From Raillietiella orientalis (Eukaryota), in contig JAYWIR010000045.1 in assembly GCA_036172245.1 (NCBI GenBank), positions 1-64,000 on the forward strand: a stretch of DNA of 64,000 nucleotides, given 5' to 3'. The translations under genes were made by a program, and so were the position numbers. The notes under the pieces are model-generated. The model saw only the letters and a list, made by a program, of their open reading frames with translations. It searched no databases and was not told the DNA's origin. This document shows positions 61,901 to 64,000 of the stretch, piece by piece (the first letter of the stretch is position 1; each line of letters begins with the position of its first letter).

Positions 61901-63227
61901 GAATTTCCAGTTCCCCTTCCTCCAGTTAACTGGAAATACACTTTATCATCATTTATGAGAGAAATGAAACTACAGTTTCTTTGCTTGAAGTTATGTTTTT
62001 TTCAGGCTCCTACGTCTCCATCTGCAAAAAATCTTTTGGTGACACATTTGGAATCCGGACAGCTATCAGTAATTGTTTTGAATATTTTTGTTCTCTTATT
62101 CATGTTTTTTTAAAGAAAGAATTGCTTGCACTCTGTGCTGAAAGGGTTGATATTCTGGCAAAGAGTATTTCTTCAGATAAGCTGTTCCCTCTAATCCAGG
62201 AACATTTAATCATTGCTCTTGAAGAAAACAAGGACACTATTTTCAATGCATATTTGAATGGTTTAACAGCTTGTTTGCAGCAGGTGTTTCAACCAAACGA
62301 TGAGATATGCTTAGCAAATCTGTTACTACATATTGTCACCAAACTCAGCCAGTGCTGTCCATCACAGGTATATGGGGTGATAAATGGAACATAAATCTTT
62401 GTTTCAAGAACTGGCTTAATTCATATCAGAGCTGTGTTGGTGCCATACCAATAACAGTTTGGAATGACGTCATTTCTGAACAGCATTTGGGTGAGAGCTA
62501 CAGGGCTGTACGAATCCGTATTGGTTTGGCTTTAATTGCTACCAATTTTCAAAATGGATTTGAGTTTCTGATGCAAGCATTGGATTCAGCTTCAAGACAG
62601 AATGAGTGAGTTTGTGTTCCGTCTGTATTTGACTTTGAGGTATTTGTTCAAGTTGGATATGCGTTTGTGGAGATGTTTTGCATGTTCTTGAAAATTGGCA
62701 TCAAGATGAGGGACATTTAGTACATTGGACATTCGAATTGTTGTATTGCATACATGTGCGCATCACAAAATGCATGGTAAGTGCATCCACCAGTTTCCCT
62801 CAGGATATTTTGATTTTTCAGGATATTGCATTTCATGTGGACTTGTTTGTTCTTATTATAATGGTTTGTTCTACTGTGTACCTCACTTCTTCCCATTTTA
62901 CTGCAACCTACTCACTGCAATCTTTTAACTATTCCAATCTTTCTAAAGCACTATCATTACTGTTTGATACAAAGCCATGGAGTCAACATAAAAAAAAGGT
63001 TTTTGTTATTTGTGATGTTTGCAAAGACCAAAGAATTTTTTTAGATGCTGCATTGGATTTTGATTCTTTTACCAAATTTTCAAGGTACGCCATATCTTGA
63101 ACTGTATAGTGCTCTCAGGGAGACATTACCATCATTTCGTTATTTGGAGGAGGTGAAGTCTGCTGAAGTTTGCATCAAACTTTCTTGTTATTATCCCATG
63201 TTTCTCTTACAACCATCATATTATTAG
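58934..63227 (+). CDS. FOCAD: Focadhesin (KIAA1797/RST1-like), multi-exon and shortened
   Basis: Spliced ORFs match remembered focadhesin blocks: LALRLLCLCWQRQSRCLPYL, LCENEVVDLRKTWNSISPKLS, LSLVPKLSVASPEYEAF, EEVTNLPR, PPVNW and C-terminal LRETLPSFRYLEE. The start is inferred from exons 58934-58969, 59017-59079, 59282-59436 and 59487-59699. Not every internal junction was checked. Confidence 0.85.
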
Positions 63228-64000
63228 TGAAATGTGAAGAGCTTTCAATTCCATAGACAGAAAGTATTTTCTGATTGATTATGAAGCTGATCAGATTTTA
63301 TGAGAATATAAATATTCTTGTATTCATTATATTAGTTTGTTAGATTAGATTAGGTTTTTAAATTACGAAAGAAAACATGAAAACAGTTGACATTTCATAA
63401 GGTGAGCTTTTTATACATTTTATAGATGCATATGTGCATTAGACTGTCAGATGGTTTACAGCACTTGTAGAAACAGCCTGTATGATGTCTGGGGTGGAAT
63501 GTTTTGTTTTGAATCAAACAAAATGATAGCAACTGTGATAGGCATATATGAAATGTAATTGAGAGTAGTGGGTTTTTTCAAAGCATTGTTTACCATGCTT
63601 TATTACTGAGCATGCATTTGCCGAACCTGATGTACTCATAAAAATCTCAAAAGCAGCTCCCTTTTTGATAAGTTTGCAGAGCAATGTATTTCGGATTTCG
63701 CATTTGCGTATGTTAAGTACTAACTAAATTCTGGCATCTCAGCATCATTATATACACAATGATTTCCATGAAATGAATGCGTATATGAGTATTGGATGTC
63801 AAATCGAGTATACAAGGTGATTTATTAGTCATACTTTGGTTTTCCTTGAAATGATGATTTCAACTGTAAAAAAGTGATCCGATTTCATTTTAACAATGAG
63901 TTAGCTCACTGAAATAAAAAAGGTAAGAATTATTCTGTATGCATTAGCAAATTTTTTTTTTTTTCTTTGTGCATTCATGCCCTCCCCCCTTCCCAAATAG

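Overview
Eukaryotic (invertebrate animal, plausibly a nematode; inference) genomic DNA with very short GT-AG introns of about 40-53 bp. The window has two kinds of region. (1) Compact AT-rich housekeeping blocks: HADHB(+), EXOSC4(-), MPHOSPH6/MPP6(+, missed by the ORF track) and MRPL13(-) at 6-15.5 kb, then YARS1(-) and a shortened focadhesin (FOCAD,+) at 52.8-63.2 kb. (2) A large minus-strand ankyrin-repeat gene (about 19-40 kb) whose long introns and upstream flank carry decayed transposons and an intronless SF3A1 pseudogene fragment. The decayed elements include Gypsy, BEL/Pao, Tigger/pogo, 5'-truncated L1/Tx1-type LINEs with clean TSDs, and a tRNA-derived SINE-like family. The window opens with a decayed Gypsy element that appears to have two tandem RNase H domains and a GC-rich 3' ORF. 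Most notable: the exosome core gene and its cofactor gene lie head-to-head; convergent genes have stops only 3 bp and 42 bp apart; a LINE family ends in AATAAA plus a hairpin with no poly(A); and several intronic hairpins resemble pre-miRNAs. All homology calls are by eye from remembered protein motifs, with no database searches.
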